From: a virus
Taxonomy: Duplodnaviria > Caudoviricetes
Direction: 5' to 3' (one strand)
IMG/VR virus record: IMGVR_UViG_3300032258_000001
Coordinates: 1-59,036 of that record
Length of the DNA: 59,036 nt
The position numbers and the translations under genes are program-made. Positions within the stretch are counted from its first letter, which is position 1. Each line of letters opens with the position of its first letter. Positions 57,077 to 59,036 of this stretch are shown here, piece after piece. The notes under the pieces were generated by a model, which had not been told where the DNA came from, ran no database searches, and saw only the letters and a program-made list of their open reading frames with translations.

Positions 57077-58745
57077 TCGGGAAAAGGTTGTCGTCTCCGA
57101 GTGTCTTCAGCTTCTTCTCGAGGTCCTGCAACGCTTTCAGCTTGGCTCTTGGCTGCCTGTTGCCAATGGAACTACCTCCAGTAGGTTGGTATGCCTCCCA
57201 CGGTTCGGCCTTACTGACAGCCCTTCTCCAGTTTTTATAGTAAATGTCCTTATCACCGAGCAGTTCTGGCTTGTACTTAGAGGACACATGCTGGAATGGC
57301 AGCCACGCCTCCTTGGCCTTTTTCAACTGGTCAAACGCAGCGGACCTCTCCGTCCGCATATCCTCCAGCTTCTTCTCGAACGATTCTCTGTAGGGGGCTC
57401 TGGCCACAGACTGTATCTGGAACAATGAGTCTATGTCTCTTCTCATGTTTTTATAGGTGTCTTCTATACCAGGGGAGGCCTTTTCCAAGGCTTCCAACTT
57501 ACGCCGTGCAGCAGTTATCGAGGCCTCTGGGAACGTTCCGGGCGCCTTCTTGTTGCGCTCTTCCATGACCGCCAAAGCCCTCCTTGCGGGTCCGACGACT
57601 TTGCTGAAATTATCGTAGCGACTCTTCGCCGCTTTATACTTATTCAGGATCTCGGCTCCTTTGGGCCCTTGTAGGAGGTTCCACCTGGCACCTGGATCAG
57701 CCATCGCCTCGGCTGTGGCCTCATCGCCGAAGTGGGTCTGCAACGCGGTCATCAAATTCGCATCTTTGAGACCCCAGTGCCTCAGGGCCACGGGATCGAC
57801 ACCTCCTTTGCTGCCTACACCCGCTACACGTTCGTCAATCTCCGGCAACGGCATCTTGTCCGCCCCCGGGAACGGTGGTACAGAAGTCTCACCAGGAAGC
57901 CGGGGCTGGAAGGCCTCACGGGCTGCAATGACCCGAGGATTCTCGATGCCATAAGGCAGTGAGTCTGCGTCAAGCACGGCTTCTACAGTAGGCGGCTTGC
58001 CAGTGTAGGGCATAGTCTTCACCTGAGCTCCGCCACTGGCATCAGGAGTCTCGCCGGCGTCAGTGAACTCGTCCTCAACGCTCACATCTTCTCCAGCTCC
58101 TTCCTTGAGCTTGGTCTGCACGTGCTTTGCCCGCTCTTCAGGAGTCATAGCCTTCTGAACGCTGCTATTGAGAGACTCATGCATCTCAGTCTGCTTGGAG
58201 GGGTCGGCACCTGAGTTGTTCACGGTCTTGGTGACCATGTTGTCATAGTTCTTTCCGAAGAAGCCAAACTTACGGGCCATGAACAGAAGAGCACCACCTA
58301 GGATAGCGCCCACTACGGCACCCCGCTTACCGCCAAGAAGCGCACCTGCCAGTCCACCTAACAGTACCCCCGCCAGGCCGGACGCCGACGAATATCTGTC
58401 CATCGGAGCCTTTTGGGCAGCCACATGTTGATAGAGAACGGCGTTATACCCAAGCCCGCCATCGGAGAACAGTTTTGTGGCGTACTCCTGGGCGAACGCT
58501 TCCTGCAGTTTGTCGCCTTCCAGATCTGGATGCGCCTGTGAGTACTTTGCCAGGGCGGGGCCGACCACTTCCTGGCTCAAAGCCTTGTTGTAATCCGCCA
58601 TGGCCTTCTTGGCTGCCGCTGCATATCGAGGCTCCTCAACGAAGGTATCCTTGGCCTTACGCTTTATGTCTTCCATAATGTCGGCCGTCTTCTCAATCAG
58701 TTCCGCACCTTCACGGGCCGCTATAATGTCTGCCTTGGTAAGCAT
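57060..58745 (-). CDS. glycine-zipper protein (putative virion/ejection protein)
   Basis: 561 aa; IEKTA; 'GLAGVLLGGLAGALLGGKRGAVVGAILGGALLF'. Confidence 0.6.
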   Translation of the reverse strand: MLTKADIIAAREGAELIEKTADIMEDIKRKAKDTFVEEPRYAAAAKKAMADYNKALSQEVVGPALAKYSQAHPDLEGDKLQEAFAQEYATKLFSDGGLGYNAVLYQHVAAQKAPMDRYSSASGLAGVLLGGLAGALLGGKRGAVVGAILGGALLFMARKFGFFGKNYDNMVTKTVNNSGADPSKQTEMHESLNSSVQKAMTPEERAKHVQTKLKEGAGEDVSVEDEFTDAGETPDASGGAQVKTMPYTGKPPTVEAVLDADSLPYGIENPRVIAAREAFQPRLPGETSVPPFPGADKMPLPEIDERVAGVGSKGGVDPVALRHWGLKDANLMTALQTHFGDEATAEAMADPGARWNLLQGPKGAEILNKYKAAKSRYDNFSKVVGPARRALAVMEERNKKAPGTFPEASITAARRKLEALEKASPGIEDTYKNMRRDIDSLFQIQSVARAPYRESFEKKLEDMRTERSAAFDQLKKAKEAWLPFQHVSSKYKPELLGDKDIYYKNWRRAVSKAEPWEAYQPTGGSSIGNRQPRAKLKALQDLEKKLKTLGDDNLFPNVLER

Positions 58746-59035
58746 TATATCATTCCTCCCTCTTCTATGTAAGGGGCGATATGTCTATCATAATCCTCTT
58801 GGTCATACATCTCTACTTGCTCCCGGCCCTTCTGCTGCAGCCTTGCAAGCGCTTCATTCGCAGCACTACGATGTTCAGGCGTTACGAAGCCTTCCGCCAT
58901 AATCTGGTCGGCAGTTATGCCGTATTTGCGCTCCGAATCACGTAGTTCCCTAGCCGCCTGCGTGCTGCTGCGTGCCAGGTCCATGAGCTTCCTGTTGTGC
59001 TGGGCGTAGTAGTCGCCCTGGGGCTGCTGCGCAGG
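58745..59035 (-). CDS. 3' part of a gene entering from the right edge
   Basis: The frame of ORF 58745..58984 stays open upstream to the window edge (PAQQPQGDYYAQHNRKLM...). Confidence 0.6.
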   Translation of the reverse strand, partial: PAQQPQGDYYAQHNRKLMDLARSSTQAARELRDSERKYGITADQIMAEGFVTPEHRSAANEALARLQQKGREQVEMYDQEDYDRHIAPYIEEGGMI

Positions 59036-59036
59036 C

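Noticed and set aside
474-58902. Many plus-strand ORFs (e.g. 2585..3634, 35649..36740, 51179..52501)
   Set aside because: They are antisense shadows of tightly packed minus-strand genes in GC-rich DNA, with no recognisable motifs.
1-59036. Stop-codon reassignment as in some large phages
   Set aside because: Genes are full length in the standard code, and TAG, TGA and TAA all end genes at sensible boundaries.
1-59036. tRNA/rRNA genes, portal, terminase, integrase
   Set aside because: None recognisable by eye; intergenic gaps are mostly too short for RNA genes. Portal and terminase probably lie outside the window.

Overview
The window is one continuous minus-strand virion-morphogenesis region of a large contractile-tailed (myovirus-type, probably jumbo) bacteriophage. 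In transcription order (right to left) it carries: Gly/Ala-rich hydrophobic putative internal-head/ejection proteins; a phage multisubunit RNA polymerase (a beta/beta'-N fusion with a LAGLIDADG intein, plus a separate beta'-C gene); further internal head proteins; prohead protease, scaffold, decoration and major capsid proteins; a ~13 kb mosaic fibre/receptor-binding cluster (six copies of a LamG-like 'EGYLAHKWGL' domain, a GH105/GH88 hydrolase, a beta-helix spike); a membrane protein/receiver-like/patatin module; neck proteins; sheath and tube; a spike/hub; G/GT tail chaperones with a -1 slippery site; tape measure; and baseplate genes with a sigma70-family factor embedded among them. The main candidate for an undescribed system is a self-contained phage transcription apparatus: RNAP, its own sigma factor and a repeated promoter-like motif GTGGAHA-N17-TATMTTA (4 copies found by eye). 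A hydrophobic-x-K-x-A motif recurs in head proteins, including the RNAP, and may mark them for protease processing or packaging. All calls are by eye from motifs and gene order; no database searches were run.
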